Positions 10,391 through 21,559 are shown, counted from the first letter of the stretch. The stretch: DNA of 41,364 nucleotides from a virus (IMGVR_UViG_2563366951_000005:1-41364), one strand, 5' to 3'. Numbers and translations: made by a program. Notes: a model not told the origin generated them from the letters alone.

Positions 10391-10733
10391 AGCGCACGCC
10401 TCCTGAAATACCTGCAGCCTTCGCCATCAGCGTATCGTCATCCGGCTCATCAACGTCGATGCTTTCCGATACAGGGGAAAGGATGCTGAAACTGTCCGGT
10501 GTTAATTCCGGATCAGCAAAAAACAGGGTTGAGATGGTGTAGAGCAAACCGGAGAAATGAGCATCCAGCTGCGCATCATGAAAGTAATTGTCCTGGTAGA
10601 AGATTTTCCAGTCGCCGTATTCCGTTGAGGACATGCCAGCAAGCATGGCACGCCAGTCCGGGCGACCGAACTCACGCGCCAGTTTCATGGCAAACTTCAG
10701 CTCACTGGCGAGGGCTTTTCCGCAGTAACAGGT
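10368..10733 (-). CDS. T: T portion of the G-T tail assembly chaperone, reached by programmed -1 frameshift from G
   Basis: The -1 frame relative to G is open from 10733 through 10368; G ends at 10697; arrangement as in lambda G/GT. Confidence 0.7.
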   Translation of the reverse strand, partial: TCYCGKALASELKFAMKLAREFGRPDWRAMLAGMSSTEYGDWKIFYQDNYFHDAQLDAHFSGLLYTISTLFFADPELTPDSFSILSPVSESIDVDEPDDDTLMAKAAGISGGVRYGPDGSG

Positions 10734-11119
10734 TCAGCGGGTTCATTACGTTCTTCACCGGGCTCAGCCTGGTCATCAGTGACCGGCGCAATCATCCCGG
10801 ACAGGAGTTTCACCTTATATTCGGCTTCGGCAACAAGTTCGGTCGGCCATGTCTGCATGACCTCATCCTGAATCTGCTCCACTTCCGCCGCCGCGTTTTC
10901 TCCCTGCGATCCTTTAAGCGCGTGGCCATGCCAGAGTGACATTGCCACCAGATATGCTCCACTCTTCACGGTAAGGGTAATGGCAGCCTGAAAATCACCA
11001 GCTTCAACCGCCTCAAGTTGTTTCAGGTATTCGAGGTATTCAATACGCTGCAGCGCCGACAGCTGGAACAATGTGACGCTGCTGCCGTTACTTTCAAGCA
11101 GCTCGCTCTTTAGAAACAT
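10697..11119 (-). CDS. G: tail assembly chaperone G
   Basis: 140 aa (same length as lambda gpG), between V and H. Confidence 0.85.
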   Translation of the reverse strand: MFLKSELLESNGSSVTLFQLSALQRIEYLEYLKQLEAVEAGDFQAAITLTVKSGAYLVAMSLWHGHALKGSQGENAAAEVEQIQDEVMQTWPTELVAEAEYKVKLLSGMIAPVTDDQAEPGEERNEPAEPVTAEKPSPVS

Positions 11120-11155
11120 AATTACTCCGGGGGAACGGGGCTTTCGCCCCGGTTA

Positions 11156-11893
11156 TCAGGAAACAGTGACTTTGCAGATCGCCACAAAGTTACCGTCATT
11201 GCTCATTACGATGATCTCGACGGTGCCTGCCGCCACGCCGGTAACAGTCAGGGTATTGCCGCTGACGGTGACCGTTGCTTTTGACGGATCAGAACTGGCT
11301 ACGCGGAAAGACTTATCTGAAGCACTTGCTGGCAGGACAGAAACAACCAGTTGCGTCGTGGCCGCGACAGCCACAGCCGCCGTGGATTTATCCAGGCTGA
11401 TCCCCGTAACGGCAATCGGCGCGGTACCACTGTCTTCGGCCAGCGATGGTTTGCCATTGTTGGTGATTTTTGCCGTGCGGGTCATGACCTCTTTAGACGA
11501 GATGGTCTTGCCGAGACTGCTCACCCAGCCCTTAAAGACATCGACAACACCATTCGGATATTTGATTTTATACCCCTTCACGGTGCCTTCATCGAACCAG
11601 TTCACCAGGTCCTGCTGACCGGAATCCTCCGGCATCCATGCGAGCGTCAGGTTTGTTTCACCGGCTGATTTCTGCCCCTGCATCGTTGATGTCCAGTCGG
11701 CATTCTCATCATCGATGTAGGTGTCATCTTCCGATTCAGCTGTCAGTTCTCCGGGCTGCAGGTCTTTAATCTTTGCCAGGCGCAGCCAGTCAACGTCTGA
11801 AAGCGGATTGGCGTATGGATCACCAGTTCCGGTGTAAACCCAGAGGGTGGTACCAGCACCTTTTGTTGGTGCCAGCGGGTTTGGTGTGGCCAT
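11156..11893 (-). CDS. V: major tail protein V with C-terminal Ig-like domain
   Basis: 245 aa; [10 protein letters not shown]...[13 protein letters not shown]...FTLAWMP blocks match lambda gpV as recalled. Confidence 0.95.
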   Translation of the reverse strand: MATPNPLAPTKGAGTTLWVYTGTGDPYANPLSDVDWLRLAKIKDLQPGELTAESEDDTYIDDENADWTSTMQGQKSAGETNLTLAWMPEDSGQQDLVNWFDEGTVKGYKIKYPNGVVDVFKGWVSSLGKTISSKEVMTRTAKITNNGKPSLAEDSGTAPIAVTGISLDKSTAAVAVAATTQLVVSVLPASASDKSFRVASSDPSKATVTVSGNTLTVTGVAAGTVEIIVMSNDGNFVAICKVTVS

Positions 11894-11900
11894 AGGGTCC

Positions 11901-12299
11901 TCACATGTCGTAAGTAATGGAATATTTCAGGTCGGCAGAACTCCACAGCGCCATATCGTCATCGCGCTGGTAGTCATAGCCCTGCTGAACCATTGTGGTG
12001 ATAAGAGATTCAAGCCCCGGAACCTCTGCGAGAACCGGATACACTCTCGTCTCCATCCAGTCATCCAGATCAGAATCAGGTACCTGAGCCTCAAGAAAGA
12101 CTTCGATATGCAGAATGGCCTGCCAGCTATCGGCGTCCAGTTCTTCCCCTGTGTATTCCGCATCTGTCAGGTAGACGGCAACAGCGGGAAAATCACCCTC
12201 TTCGAGCACTGCAGGTCTGCCGTCAAAATAAATGACATCAGTACCAATCGCGCTTTCCAGCGCGTCAATAATCACCTTGCGAATATCGCTGTGTTTCAT
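11901..12299 (-). CDS. U: tail terminator protein U
   Basis: 132 aa, position between Z and V. Confidence 0.85.
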   Translation of the reverse strand: MKHSDIRKVIIDALESAIGTDVIYFDGRPAVLEEGDFPAVAVYLTDAEYTGEELDADSWQAILHIEVFLEAQVPDSDLDDWMETRVYPVLAEVPGLESLITTMVQQGYDYQRDDDMALWSSADLKYSITYDM

Positions 12300-12850
12300 C
12301 GTGTCAGAATTAACCTGAGTTGGTTGGTAAGGGATGCTCGGAGCTCTTTGGGCATATCTGACTCCATGAGCTTCGGCAGTTCTTCTTTAAATGCCGTAGT
12401 TAATGGAGCTGCCAGCGGGATGCTGACCACTTCAATGGGGTAACGAGGTTTTGAAGTCCGCCTCATGACATGCCAGCGACCATTTTTAAGTTGCTGGATA
12501 AAGCCGCCCGGAAAACGAAATGGCCCTATGCGCAGAACGCTGTTGGCCCCTTTCTTGTCCCGTTTTCTGCGGGAAAGTCGCACGCTTGCGGTACCGAGTT
12601 TAATGGCCGGTAAATTTCCCCGGTTTACCCGGATAAGTGCACGAGGTCTATTGACCGTCGCACGCTTCACCCTGGCGCGTTGCTTTACCAGTTTTCGCGG
12701 TACGCGCGTATCTTTTGATACGACTGCCACGCTGCGGCTGACGGCCCGGTTTGCCACGCGGTTAACGGCCTGCGCCGATGCCCGCGGAACAGCCGTTTTG
12801 CTGATGCTGTTAAGGTTTTCTATGGCCTGTTCAAGGCCTTTTATGGACAT
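12296..12850 (-). CDS. Z: tail completion protein Z
   Basis: 184 aa; MSIKGLEQAIENL...FIQQLKNGRWHVM matches lambda gpZ as recalled. Confidence 0.9.
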   Translation of the reverse strand: MSIKGLEQAIENLNSISKTAVPRASAQAVNRVANRAVSRSVAVVSKDTRVPRKLVKQRARVKRATVNRPRALIRVNRGNLPAIKLGTASVRLSRRKRDKKGANSVLRIGPFRFPGGFIQQLKNGRWHVMRRTSKPRYPIEVVSIPLAAPLTTAFKEELPKLMESDMPKELRASLTNQLRLILTR

Positions 12851-12859
12851 ATGCGCTCC

Positions 12860-13213
12860 TTAACGGCGACGCGAAGATGCAGGTGGAGAGCCGTTACCCA
12901 GACAGATATGACAGGAGCCACAGTCATCCGGACCAATACGTTCAACCCAGAATTGCCGACCGTTAATCGTCAGCGTGTCCATACGCTGCAGCTGCCTGAC
13001 AGTGGCGGTTTCCACAAACAGGGTCGGGCTGGTTCCTTCAACACGAATCCCGGCACCGGCATATCCGATATTTTCTGGATCATCGAATACACCGACCAGG
13101 GTGGCACCTGACAAAGCGCCTGACATCACCTTTGCCTCTGTGCCCATCACACCACGGATAGCGCTATCAGCTCGCGACATGGCCTCGTCAAAGAGATTAT
13201 CGAAATCAGCCAT
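12860..13213 (-). CDS. FII: head-tail connector protein FII
   Basis: 117 aa (same length as lambda FII), position after FI. Confidence 0.85.
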   Translation of the reverse strand: MADFDNLFDEAMSRADSAIRGVMGTEAKVMSGALSGATLVGVFDDPENIGYAGAGIRVEGTSPTLFVETATVRQLQRMDTLTINGRQFWVERIGPDDCGSCHICLGNGSPPASSRRR

Positions 13214-13223
13214 GTGGCCCCCT

Positions 13224-13685
13224 TCAGACTTCGAAAGCCAGCCCCTTTGCGATCAAGTCGTCGGCATCCTGTTCAGATACGCGGATAATCACACCAGGCT
13301 CTACGATAGATACCGGCTCGTTACGCGTGGCATGCAGAGCGTCAATATGCAGGGTGGCCAGCGTTTCTACTGATACCAGGTCACCCGTTGTGGCCGATTC
13401 CGTTTTTACTTTTGCCACGTTAGCAACATTGTTGTCGGTGCTGTCGGTGCTGTCGGTGCTGTCGGTGCTGTCGGAAGCATTCTGCACGCCGTTTTCACCG
13501 TCAACTGACCCGGCATTGCCATCCAGTTCCTCTTCAAGCTCAGCAATACGCATCGTCAGTTCCTGAATGGTGCCGCTGGTACTGACCTCGCGGTTAAGCT
13601 GGGTCCCAAGTTCATTCAGGCGGGCGACCAGCTTTTCTTTTTCTGTCATGGGAAATACTCCAGAAAGGTGGCCCGACAGGGCCAC
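13224..13685 (-). CDS. FI: DNA packaging protein FI with inserted (S-T-D)n repeat
   Basis: 153 aa; N-terminal LVARLNELGTQLNREV and C-terminal LHIDALHATRNEPV resemble lambda FI; contains STDSTDSTDSTD. Confidence 0.8.
   Translation of the reverse strand: MALSGHLSGVFPMTEKEKLVARLNELGTQLNREVSTSGTIQELTMRIAELEEELDGNAGSVDGENGVQNASDSTDSTDSTDSTDNNVANVAKVKTESATTGDLVSVETLATLHIDALHATRNEPVSIVEPGVIIRVSEQDADDLIAKGLAFEV
13433..13468. repeat. perfect 9-bp tandem repeat (TGTCGGTGC) x4 inside FI coding sequence
   Basis: Direct reading of sequence; encodes (STD)4 on the minus strand; in-frame unit. Confidence 0.9.
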
Positions 13686-13694
13686 TGGGGGAAG

Positions 13695-14720
13695 TTATGC
13701 CAGTTTGACGGAGACGAATGCGTCAGGGTCTGGCAGCAGCATCAGCGGAGCTGACTGAATCATGGTGAATTCGCGCGCCGGATCCCCCGACTGCACCCAG
13801 TTTTTCGGGTAGCGTGTCGAGGCATTGATACCTTCGCGCTGGGCATCAGCATCAAGAATGCAGCCATAGGTACGCAGGCCACGAGCCTGGGTATTCCCCA
13901 GCACCATTGTCAGGTCCGGCAGATAATTCTTTTTGACGTCGTTTTCGACGTACTGGCCGGAGTACACCACGATGGCCACATCGCCAAACATCCCCTTGTA
14001 TGAAACAGCCATACCCAGGTCTTTCACGGCAGTTTCCAGCTCAGAGTTAGAACCACGACGCGTATCCAGCTTCTTCTCAACAGCCTTGAAGGAACGGAAC
14101 AGCGCCCAGCCTTTCGGATCGAACACAATGATGTTGACCACACCGCTGGCGTTGAGCGCGTAGGCTTCAATGTCATCGGTCGGGTCATACGTTTCTTTGT
14201 CGCGGGTTGACCATGCAGCCGCACCGGCCTGGACAATGTTGTTACCAGCGCTGCGGCCCATATCGACTTCAACAGGCTCGAACGCTTCCCCGGTCATGGT
14301 GTATTTACCGCTGAGCACCGCCGAAACAGCCTGTTTCTCTTCGACCTGAGCAATCGCCAGCTCTTCATCCTTCATGTTCTGAAGGATAATGCGGCGACGG
14401 CGATAGACCGGGTCAGCGAGATTCTGCGGATCCTCATCCGGCAGGCGGCGGAGAGTCATCAGTGGGTTAACTTCGTGTTTCGGCTTCACATAACCCGGCG
14501 TGAATTCAGACGTGCTGCCGCCACGGGAGCGGATCACTTTGCCGGAGACAATCGGCGAGACGTAAAGCGCCATATTGACCAGGCCAGGAATTTGCGACAG
14601 GTAAACCTTCTCTGTACTGAAGGGATAGGTTTCGCGGAAAAAGATACGCAGGAAAAGCGGATCGAATTTGAATTTCTTCTCATTGACCGCCAGCAGCTGG
14701 GCAGTGGTGTAAACGGACAT
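13695..14720 (-). CDS. E: major capsid protein E
   Basis: 341 aa, near-identical in long blocks to lambda gpE as recalled (TTAQLLA..EKKFKFDPLFLR, SQIPGLVNMALYVSPIVSG). Confidence 0.97.
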   Translation of the reverse strand: MSVYTTAQLLAVNEKKFKFDPLFLRIFFRETYPFSTEKVYLSQIPGLVNMALYVSPIVSGKVIRSRGGSTSEFTPGYVKPKHEVNPLMTLRRLPDEDPQNLADPVYRRRRIILQNMKDEELAIAQVEEKQAVSAVLSGKYTMTGEAFEPVEVDMGRSAGNNIVQAGAAAWSTRDKETYDPTDDIEAYALNASGVVNIIVFDPKGWALFRSFKAVEKKLDTRRGSNSELETAVKDLGMAVSYKGMFGDVAIVVYSGQYVENDVKKNYLPDLTMVLGNTQARGLRTYGCILDADAQREGINASTRYPKNWVQSGDPAREFTMIQSAPLMLLPDPDAFVSVKLA

Positions 14721-14733
14721 AGATATTTCCCGT

Positions 14734-14758
14734 AAAAAAAGCCGCGCAGGCGGCTTTT
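14734..14758. terminator. bidirectional-looking hairpin (GCCGC-GCAG-GCGGC) flanked by A7 and T4 between D and E
   Basis: Seen in sequence; on the minus strand the stem is followed by 7 U. Confidence 0.45.
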
Positions 14759-14787
14759 ATGAATGATGATGGTTGTAGAAATGCGGA

Positions 14788-15120
14788 TTAAACGATGCTG
14801 ATTGCAGTACCGGCGAACGCGTTACGTTTAATGTTGTCGTCGGTGACGGCAGATGGCCAGAGGACATCTTCAATACGGAAAGAGCCAGATTTGTAAAATG
14901 CCAGTTCCGCGCTGTTCTGGTCTGCGGTTACAGCCAGGATGCCCATTGCCGCGCCAGCATGAGCACCATCCCAGACGGCCAGCTTGCCAGAAGTGGCATC
15001 CAGCATGAGCGGCGTCATGGCTGGAGTGGAAGCTGTCAGTTCGCCAGGACCATACGCAGTGTGCGCCGGGTCGCTGTTACCGAGCGGCTGGTTATGTGTG
15101 AAAACTTCAGTAATTGCCAT
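14788..15120 (-). CDS. D: head decoration protein D
   Basis: 110 aa; GNSDPAHTA...PAMTPLMLD...[10 protein letters not shown] matches lambda gpD as recalled. Confidence 0.95.
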   Translation of the reverse strand: MAITEVFTHNQPLGNSDPAHTAYGPGELTASTPAMTPLMLDATSGKLAVWDGAHAGAAMGILAVTADQNSAELAFYKSGSFRIEDVLWPSAVTDDNIKRNAFAGTAISIV

Positions 15121-15129
15121 GATAGCCTC

Positions 15130-16473
15130 TTAAACGGGGGTGTTTAACAAATCGTCAGCGGCATCAGAAGATGCGCTACCTGCTTGGAGTGCACCGGGTG
15201 CTGTTTCCATCAAACGATCCAGCGCCGTATCGGTACGCGTCTGGGCACTTTGCGGTGCAGCAGCCAGAATGCGCTGTGCGCTCTCTACCGTCATACCCGG
15301 CGTTTCGGCCAGTGCTCGCGCCTGTGACTCACGCCCTTTAGCCTCGTCGCAGTTCAGGATGCCCATGATGCGACTATTCTCTGCAGCTACTGCTGCAGTA
15401 ACCTGCGCACTGACATCTACAGGGGCTGCTACGGAAGCAATTGTCGTGTCAACGGTAGTGGCCTGTTCAGCTGATGCAGTTGTCTGAGTTGCTGCCTGGT
15501 CAACTGGCTTAGTGGTCACAGCTGATGCAGAAGGTGATGGCATAGTTCCTCCAAGGGTTGTTTTTTTGCGTCTGTCGAGTGCTTCGCGCATCACGCCGAG
15601 CGCATCGGTATTGTTAACAAGTTCATCCGCCAGCCCGTTATCCAAAGATTCCTGGCCGGAGAATACTGCCGCTTCGGTGTCCAGCACGTCCTGAACAGAC
15701 ATGCCGGTATAAGCGGAAACCTTTTCGGCAAACATCTGACGAGTGGCATCGATACGCGTCTGGAAATCAGCACGCACATCTTTCGGAAGCTTTTCGTAAG
15801 GGTTGCCGTCGACCTTGCGATCGCCGCTGTAAATCAGCGTGACCTCAACGCCGTTAGTTTTGAGCGCAGCGCCATAGTTACTGTGCGCCATCATGACCCC
15901 AATGGAGCCGGTTCTGGCCGTTTGTGTGACCAGCCGTCGCGATGCCGAACTGGCAATAAGCTGACCTGCACTGCAGTTCATGTCATTGGCCAGCGCCCAG
16001 ATGGGTTTGATATCGCGCATACGGGCAATAATGTCGGCGCAGTCAAACGCCCCGGACACCATGCCACCCGGCGTATCCATGTCCAGTAGAATGCCGTCGA
16101 CGCCGGGGTCACTGATGGCCTGCTGCAGGCGAGCGATGATCCCGTTGTAACCCGTCATCCCGGAATAAGGCTGCAGCGCACGGGTTTTACTCACCAGAGT
16201 GCCGGAAGCCGGCAAGACCGCGATGCCATTTGCCACCTGATAGCTTCGCGATGGTCGGGTATCCATGTCATCATCTTCACCAAACAGCGCCAGCGGTTCG
16301 GCTATTTGTCCGGCGTCAAGCGTGATGCCAGAGACGGTATCTGTCAGCCGGGTGATGCCCAGCTGACCAGCTAAGGCACAAAAGAAAACCCGCGCGTAGG
16401 CGGGTTCAAGCATCAGCGGCTCATTAAAGGCCATACTGGCGATATGCGGAAGATTACGCAGCTCGTGCGCCAT
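15130..16473 (-). CDS. C: head maturation protease / scaffold C (ClpP/S49 family); a Nu3-like scaffold is probably nested in its 3' part
   Basis: 447 aa, position between portal and D, overlaps portal gene end. Confidence 0.85.
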   Translation of the reverse strand: MAHELRNLPHIASMAFNEPLMLEPAYARVFFCALAGQLGITRLTDTVSGITLDAGQIAEPLALFGEDDDMDTRPSRSYQVANGIAVLPASGTLVSKTRALQPYSGMTGYNGIIARLQQAISDPGVDGILLDMDTPGGMVSGAFDCADIIARMRDIKPIWALANDMNCSAGQLIASSASRRLVTQTARTGSIGVMMAHSNYGAALKTNGVEVTLIYSGDRKVDGNPYEKLPKDVRADFQTRIDATRQMFAEKVSAYTGMSVQDVLDTEAAVFSGQESLDNGLADELVNNTDALGVMREALDRRKKTTLGGTMPSPSASAVTTKPVDQAATQTTASAEQATTVDTTIASVAAPVDVSAQVTAAVAAENSRIMGILNCDEAKGRESQARALAETPGMTVESAQRILAAAPQSAQTRTDTALDRLMETAPGALQAGSASSDAADDLLNTPV

Positions 16474-18046
16474 CTTGCTCCTCCTCGTTTGATTTTTTCA
16501 GTCCAGCCTCAAAAGCGGCAGCGGCCCATGCCGGTGGTTTCAGACCCGCAGCACGACGCTCCATTGTTTCCCGGACCTGCTGGGCAAAAATCTCCTGATA
16601 ATCATCACCGCGTTTGGCGCATTCTTTCTCATACGTACTGAGACCAGCCTCGATGAGCATGACGGCTTCCTGTACCTCTTTCAGCCCGTCAATAGCCATG
16701 CGGCCTGAGCCGATCCAGTTGGCATTTCCCCAGGCTGTTCTCGCTTCCTGAAAGCTGAATCTGGCTTTTGAAGGAAGTGTGACCACGCGGCGGACAATTG
16801 CCTCTTCCAGCCAGCAAAGAAACATCTGACAGGCCTGTCGGGATGCCACAAACTTGCGACGGCCCATGAAGTACGCCCATGACTCGTTAGCGCTTGCGCG
16901 CGCAGTCGAGTAACTCATCTGAGAATAATTTCGCGAAAGCTGCTCATACGATACACCCAGCCCAGCGGCAATATAGCGCAGCAGTGACTGTTCAAAAGTC
17001 GAGTAGCCGTTATCGGTATCCTGCGCCGACTGAAGGTTGAGAGAATCACCCGGCAACAGGTGTGGAACCCTTGCCCCACCCAGGCGAACCGGCGCAGCTG
17101 AGTAATAGGACGCCATTTCACCGAGCCAGCCCGTCAGTTTGCTCTGCTGCTCTTTATTATCCGCGCCGAGAATGAAATCCATCGCCGTCTGCGTATCCAG
17201 CTCACTCTCGATGGTGGCAGCATACATGGCCTTCACTATCGCACTCTGGAGCTGAGTGTTTTGCAGGGTATCGAGCATTTTCATCTGCTCCATAACGCTG
17301 TAAAACGCATTGGCTCCTCGGGTCTGTCCGTCCTCTATCGGTTCGAAGACATGGATAAAAGAGGGGCGCCCTCCGGGGAGCTCGCGAGGTATGTAGGTCC
17401 AGTTCTGCGCCATCCAACCAGGATAACCGTCATCGCTGACGTAATATCCCAGCGCAGCACCACTATTATTGATTTTTACCCCGGCGCGACAGTTCCGGGT
17501 ATCACCGATGTTGCTTGGATTACTGACGCGCTTCGGACTAACCATTTTGAACTGAGTACGGAAAAGACGCGTTGAATCGCTGTCCCATGTCGCCTGCATG
17601 CATAATTCACCGTTAAACGCATGCATTGCTACACCTTCACGAATCATCATCGTAAACGTTCGCTTGCGTTCGGCATCAATCCCGCAGAAGTCATCTTCGG
17701 CATACTCATTCCAGGCGGCTTCCACATCCCGAGAAAATGCGCGTGAATCCTCCTCATTGATGCCAAGATAGCGCCAGCTCGGTCGATAACTGAGTCTGAA
17801 AAATGACCCGACGATGTGGTCCTGGTGGAGCTGCACGGCGTTTGCTGCATAGCCATTATTTCGCACCAGATCGTCAGCGCGGGCATTTCCACGAGAATAG
17901 TTGGGAAGGAGTGCGGCATCTGCACTTTCACTCGGCGGATTCCAGCCCCGCAGCTGCCCACCAAACCCGCCACCACCACCATGATATCCCGCGTATTCCC
18001 GAAGGGATGTTTTCCCGTCAGGTCCCACTAAAGATGGTATTTTCAT
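16454..18046 (-). CDS. B: portal protein B
   Basis: 530 aa (lambda gpB 533), position between W and C. Confidence 0.9.
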   Translation of the reverse strand: MKIPSLVGPDGKTSLREYAGYHGGGGGFGGQLRGWNPPSESADAALLPNYSRGNARADDLVRNNGYAANAVQLHQDHIVGSFFRLSYRPSWRYLGINEEDSRAFSRDVEAAWNEYAEDDFCGIDAERKRTFTMMIREGVAMHAFNGELCMQATWDSDSTRLFRTQFKMVSPKRVSNPSNIGDTRNCRAGVKINNSGAALGYYVSDDGYPGWMAQNWTYIPRELPGGRPSFIHVFEPIEDGQTRGANAFYSVMEQMKMLDTLQNTQLQSAIVKAMYAATIESELDTQTAMDFILGADNKEQQSKLTGWLGEMASYYSAAPVRLGGARVPHLLPGDSLNLQSAQDTDNGYSTFEQSLLRYIAAGLGVSYEQLSRNYSQMSYSTARASANESWAYFMGRRKFVASRQACQMFLCWLEEAIVRRVVTLPSKARFSFQEARTAWGNANWIGSGRMAIDGLKEVQEAVMLIEAGLSTYEKECAKRGDDYQEIFAQQVRETMERRAAGLKPPAWAAAAFEAGLKKSNEEEQDGARAA

Positions 18047-18249
18047 ACGTAAAACCCTGCTGGCCCCCGGCGTCGTGATGTGGTACCAACCTGAGATTCA
18101 AGGTCAGCAATATATTTTTTGAGATCGCTGACTGATGTGGCTGTAAATTCCACTCTTCGACCGTCTTTCTGTACCGTCGCCACGCGCTTTCCCATCATCA
18201 GGTCATGTAACGCAGCGCGCGCGGCATCCAGTTCAGTCTGTGTTGCCAT
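18043..18249 (-). CDS. W: head-tail joining protein W
   Basis: 68 aa (same as lambda gpW), overlapping A stop and B start. Confidence 0.85.
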   Translation of the reverse strand: MATQTELDAARAALHDLMMGKRVATVQKDGRRVEFTATSVSDLKKYIADLESQVGTTSRRRGPAGFYV

Positions 18250-20171
18250 TATTCCTCTCCAGATAATGCCCGCGCGTAATCCGCCAGGGTCTTGTTATTG
18301 TTACGGCTGCCTTCTTCCTCCAGCAGGCTGGCCAGAAGTGAATCAAGATTTAGCTGCCAGCGGGATATGCTGATACGAAGCGCCGCCAGTGCATAAACAA
18401 AGCAATCGAGCGCCTCATTTCGTCGTTTTTTGCTGTCCCAGACGATCTTTTTCTTTCCGTCTACCCATTTTTCCACCTGCTCTTCAGCAGTTAGTTGTTG
18501 GGCCTCGGTTAGATCGTAGATTTCTGGGTTATTCGGGAAATGAACCGCTCCCGCCAGCGGCTCGTCTCTTTGCGCCACCAGCGTGAAACGGTTATAAATC
18601 TGCTCTTTTGCGGTGTCTGTTCCTACCTCAGTGAGGTAAACGCCACTCTTGTTACGCTTGCGTGGCATGTTCGCCACCGGCTTTCCATAAACCGACGCAC
18701 CCTTTATAGGGATCACACGAAACAGACCATGTTTTTTTGAGCGGTTGTAGACGATGGTGGGATCAATGCCGCCAATATCCCAGCAAGTGCGGGATATAAC
18801 CATTTCGAGACCGTTCTGGCGCTTATATGTCCTGTTGATCGCCTCATCCACTCGAGCGAGAGTCGACTCATCATCATGACGACCCATAACGATGATTTTG
18901 TCGATAAGCCAGCTTTCCTCTCCCGGTCCCCATCCCCATACACGCATTTCGTAACGGTCAAGCTGGGAGTCAATACCCGCTGTTAGATATGCCACTCGCT
19001 CCGGCACAGACGCTTCAAAGTGCTCTTTGCGCTCCGCTAAAACTTCAGCATCGGGTCGTTCGCCTATTTTCGGTTCCCACGTTTCGCCCAAGGTCGTGTT
19101 AACGAAGGTTTTGCGCTTACCCGTATCACCTTTTGTTTTTATCCAGTCCTTGACGATCTGCACCCAAGTTGTGAACGGGCTGTAAGCGGTCCAGATGTGG
19201 AATGTAACGCTGTCAGGAGGTTCAATTTCAGTACCGGATGAAGCAAACCAGTGAAGGCCGTCTCGCGTCCAGATACCTGTTTCATCACAAATATACCTGG
19301 CCTCAAGGAAATCCAGCTCTTGTTGTTTAATCACACAGGCATTGTGTTCACAGAGGTAGTAAACGCTGGAAGGTTCTCCCGGAGACCATTTAAAGCCAAA
19401 TGGTGTCTCTTCATCGCCAAATTTCAGATACTGCTCTTCCCCGCAGTGTGGGCATGGAACATGGAACCGAAGAAAATGTTCTGACTCCTTAGCAGCCCTT
19501 TCTATCTGGCACGTACCTTTGACTTTCGGTGTAGAGCCGCGAATGGATTTTGGCCATACAGAACCCTCAATACGCTTATCTCCCAGAAAGGTGGGAGAAC
19601 CTTCTTTCTCGATGTCATCATCGAAAGCGGCAAGCTCGTCGTAGCCAGCCACATCAACGGATTTTTCACGGTAGTTTTTTGCAGCCTTACCGCCCAGGCA
19701 CCAGAAACCACGACCATTTGAGAAACGCTTCATGCTAAGCGTATTGTCCCGGTGTTTTTTGCCGTACCAAGGAGCAAGCGCCAACAGCGTCGGAATATCA
19801 CGAATGGTCGGTTCGACATGAGACTTCATGAAGTTTTCAGCGTCACCGTCGGTTGGCAACCATATTAGGGAGTTACGCTGTTTATGCTGGATGAAATATG
19901 CGTAAACGCCGAGCAACATTTTTGAGTAGCCGACACGAGCAGATTTAACGACATTCACTTCGCGGATATAGTCATTGCCCATCGCATTCATAATTGCACG
20001 CTGAAAGGGCAGTGTTTCCCAGCGCCCTTCCTGGTAGGCAGACTCTTTCGGGAGATAGTAATTCTCATCTGCCCATTCAACCGCTGTTTGCGGTTCTGGC
20101 CGGTAAAGCGAACGTAGCCCCGCCCGCGCAGAGTGCTGCAGCCCCTTAACCTGACTGTTCGATATATTCAC
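18249..20171 (-). CDS. A: terminase large subunit A
   Basis: 640 aa (lambda gpA 641), directly after Nu1 with overlapping start. Confidence 0.95.
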   Translation of the reverse strand: MNISNSQVKGLQHSARAGLRSLYRPEPQTAVEWADENYYLPKESAYQEGRWETLPFQRAIMNAMGNDYIREVNVVKSARVGYSKMLLGVYAYFIQHKQRNSLIWLPTDGDAENFMKSHVEPTIRDIPTLLALAPWYGKKHRDNTLSMKRFSNGRGFWCLGGKAAKNYREKSVDVAGYDELAAFDDDIEKEGSPTFLGDKRIEGSVWPKSIRGSTPKVKGTCQIERAAKESEHFLRFHVPCPHCGEEQYLKFGDEETPFGFKWSPGEPSSVYYLCEHNACVIKQQELDFLEARYICDETGIWTRDGLHWFASSGTEIEPPDSVTFHIWTAYSPFTTWVQIVKDWIKTKGDTGKRKTFVNTTLGETWEPKIGERPDAEVLAERKEHFEASVPERVAYLTAGIDSQLDRYEMRVWGWGPGEESWLIDKIIVMGRHDDESTLARVDEAINRTYKRQNGLEMVISRTCWDIGGIDPTIVYNRSKKHGLFRVIPIKGASVYGKPVANMPRKRNKSGVYLTEVGTDTAKEQIYNRFTLVAQRDEPLAGAVHFPNNPEIYDLTEAQQLTAEEQVEKWVDGKKKIVWDSKKRRNEALDCFVYALAALRISISRWQLNLDSLLASLLEEEGSRNNNKTLADYARALSGEE

Positions 20172-20691
20172 TCAGCAACCCCGGTATCATTTCATCCAGC
20201 GCAGCTGCTTTGTTCATGGCCTTAATGATGTCCTTCTTGAGGAAATCAATATGTCGGTTCTCCAGCTCCGGGAAGCGCCGCTGAACCGACAGAGGTATTC
20301 CATCGAGAATACTGGCAATTTCTCCGGCTACCCGCGACAGCACGAACGTGCAGAATGCGGTCTCCACCACTTCAGCGGACTCTTTTGCATTTTTTAATTC
20401 CTGAGCGTCAGCCTGAGCTCGCGTAAGTCGGTGTCGCTCATATTCAATAGTGCCAGGTTGAAGATCGGACTCAGAAGCAATGCGGAGATCTTCAACTTCC
20501 TTCCGCAACTTTTCATTTTCTATGGCTGCATCGCGCGCACTGTACCATTCGATTGCGGCAGCAGATTCAAAGAGAACCTCATTACCCTTGCCACCACCGC
20601 GGGCAACCGGCATACCTTGTTCCTGCCAGTTCTGAATCGTTCGGACGCTCACCCCGAAAATTTCGGATAAGCGTTTTTTGTTAACCTCCAT
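20146..20691 (-). CDS. nu1: terminase small subunit Nu1
   Basis: 181 aa; MEVNKKRLSEIFGVSVRTIQNWQEQGMPV... near-identical to lambda Nu1 as recalled. Confidence 0.97.
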   Translation of the reverse strand: MEVNKKRLSEIFGVSVRTIQNWQEQGMPVARGGGKGNEVLFESAAAIEWYSARDAAIENEKLRKEVEDLRIASESDLQPGTIEYERHRLTRAQADAQELKNAKESAEVVETAFCTFVLSRVAGEIASILDGIPLSVQRRFPELENRHIDFLKKDIIKAMNKAAALDEMIPGLLSEYIEQSG

Positions 20692-20866
20692 GGCTCACTC
20701 CTGGCACAAAACAGAGAAAGGAAACAATCAACGGTTAACTTCCGTTTTCCATGATTAGCATTTCCTTTCTGGAGAGAGGATGTTTTCAACAAAAACAATG
20801 AGAAAACAAGAAGAAGAACGGAAATGGCATAAACCAGAAAATTTTCATAAATAGCGATAATCTGCG
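20692..20866. other. cosB-like terminase binding region between cosN and Nu1
   Basis: Reverse complement aligns by eye with the lambda left end (TTTTCGCTATTTATGAAAATTTTC..GTTTCCTTTCTCTGTTTT). Confidence 0.75.
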
Positions 20867-20878
20867 CGGACGCCGCCC
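20867..20878. other. cosN, 12-nt cohesive end (GGGCGGCGTCCG on the minus strand)
   Basis: Matches lambda cohesive end GGGCGGCGACCT at 10/12 positions; flanked by lambda-like right-end sequence CGTAACAAGGCGGATCGCCGGAAAGGACCCGC. Confidence 0.8.
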
Positions 20879-20979
20879 CGTAACAAGGCGGATCGCCGGA
20901 AAGGACCCGCAAATGATAATGATTATCATTTGCGGGAATGCGACTTGATTCGCACCCATTTGGACGTCTAAACGTCCAT

Positions 20980-21447
20980 TCATCGCGACAGCGCTGACCA
21001 TATCGTGCCACCTGGCCGAAGACTCTTCTTCAGTTCCTCGGACACAACATCTGAGATCGCTTTTACCATTTCAGGGGATAGCTTCACGCCGGTCTTAATT
21101 TCGGGACAGATGCCAACATTGATGGCATAGCCTTTTCGTGGGTCGTTCTCTATCCGGCCAAACTGAATATTTACAGAGCCACCAATATAACCACCAGCAG
21201 GAACACCAAAGCGCGTATTCACCAGGTGCTTAATGGCGAACTCCTGCCCTTCAGCGGTCAGGAAGGTGTAATAATTTTCCTTTTGATACTCCGTCGCGGT
21301 ATGGCGTGTTTCAGCGAATCCCAGCTCTAGAAGCTCAGCAGCACCAGATTTGGCTGGCAGATCACCAGACTGAAGCGCGCCACGGAAAAACAGCGCATAC
21401 AGAACATCCGTCGCCGCGCCGGACAACGTGATAATTTTATGACCCAT
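20980..21447 (-). CDS. hypothetical protein (155 aa), cargo gene adjacent to cos
   Basis: Clean ORF with ATG start; no motif I can assign. Confidence 0.65.
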   Translation of the reverse strand: MGHKIITLSGAATDVLYALFFRGALQSGDLPAKSGAAELLELGFAETRHTATEYQKENYYTFLTAEGQEFAIKHLVNTRFGVPAGGYIGGSVNIQFGRIENDPRKGYAINVGICPEIKTGVKLSPEMVKAISDVVSEELKKSLRPGGTIWSALSR

Positions 21448-21559
21448 GATTTATTTCCTTTTAGGCGTGAGCCTGTCGCACGGCAAAGCCGCCGAAAGTT
21501 AACGGTTTGCCCAGGCTCACAACTGAAAGACTTTCTACGGTGTGCGCGTGCGATGCGCA

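Noticed and set aside
13433-13474. Short tandem repeat considered as a CRISPR-like or phase-variation element
   Set aside because: Units are 9 bp, contiguous and in-frame within FI; no spacers, so not CRISPR; the frame is preserved, so it is not an on/off switch.
20909-20933. Perfect palindrome GCAAATGATAAT-G-ATTATCATTTGC resembling a Fur box next to cos
   Set aside because: The lambda right end, as I recall it, carries the homologous GATGATAATCATTATCAC element at the same position relative to cosN, so this is a conserved part of the cos region rather than a new iron-regulated site.
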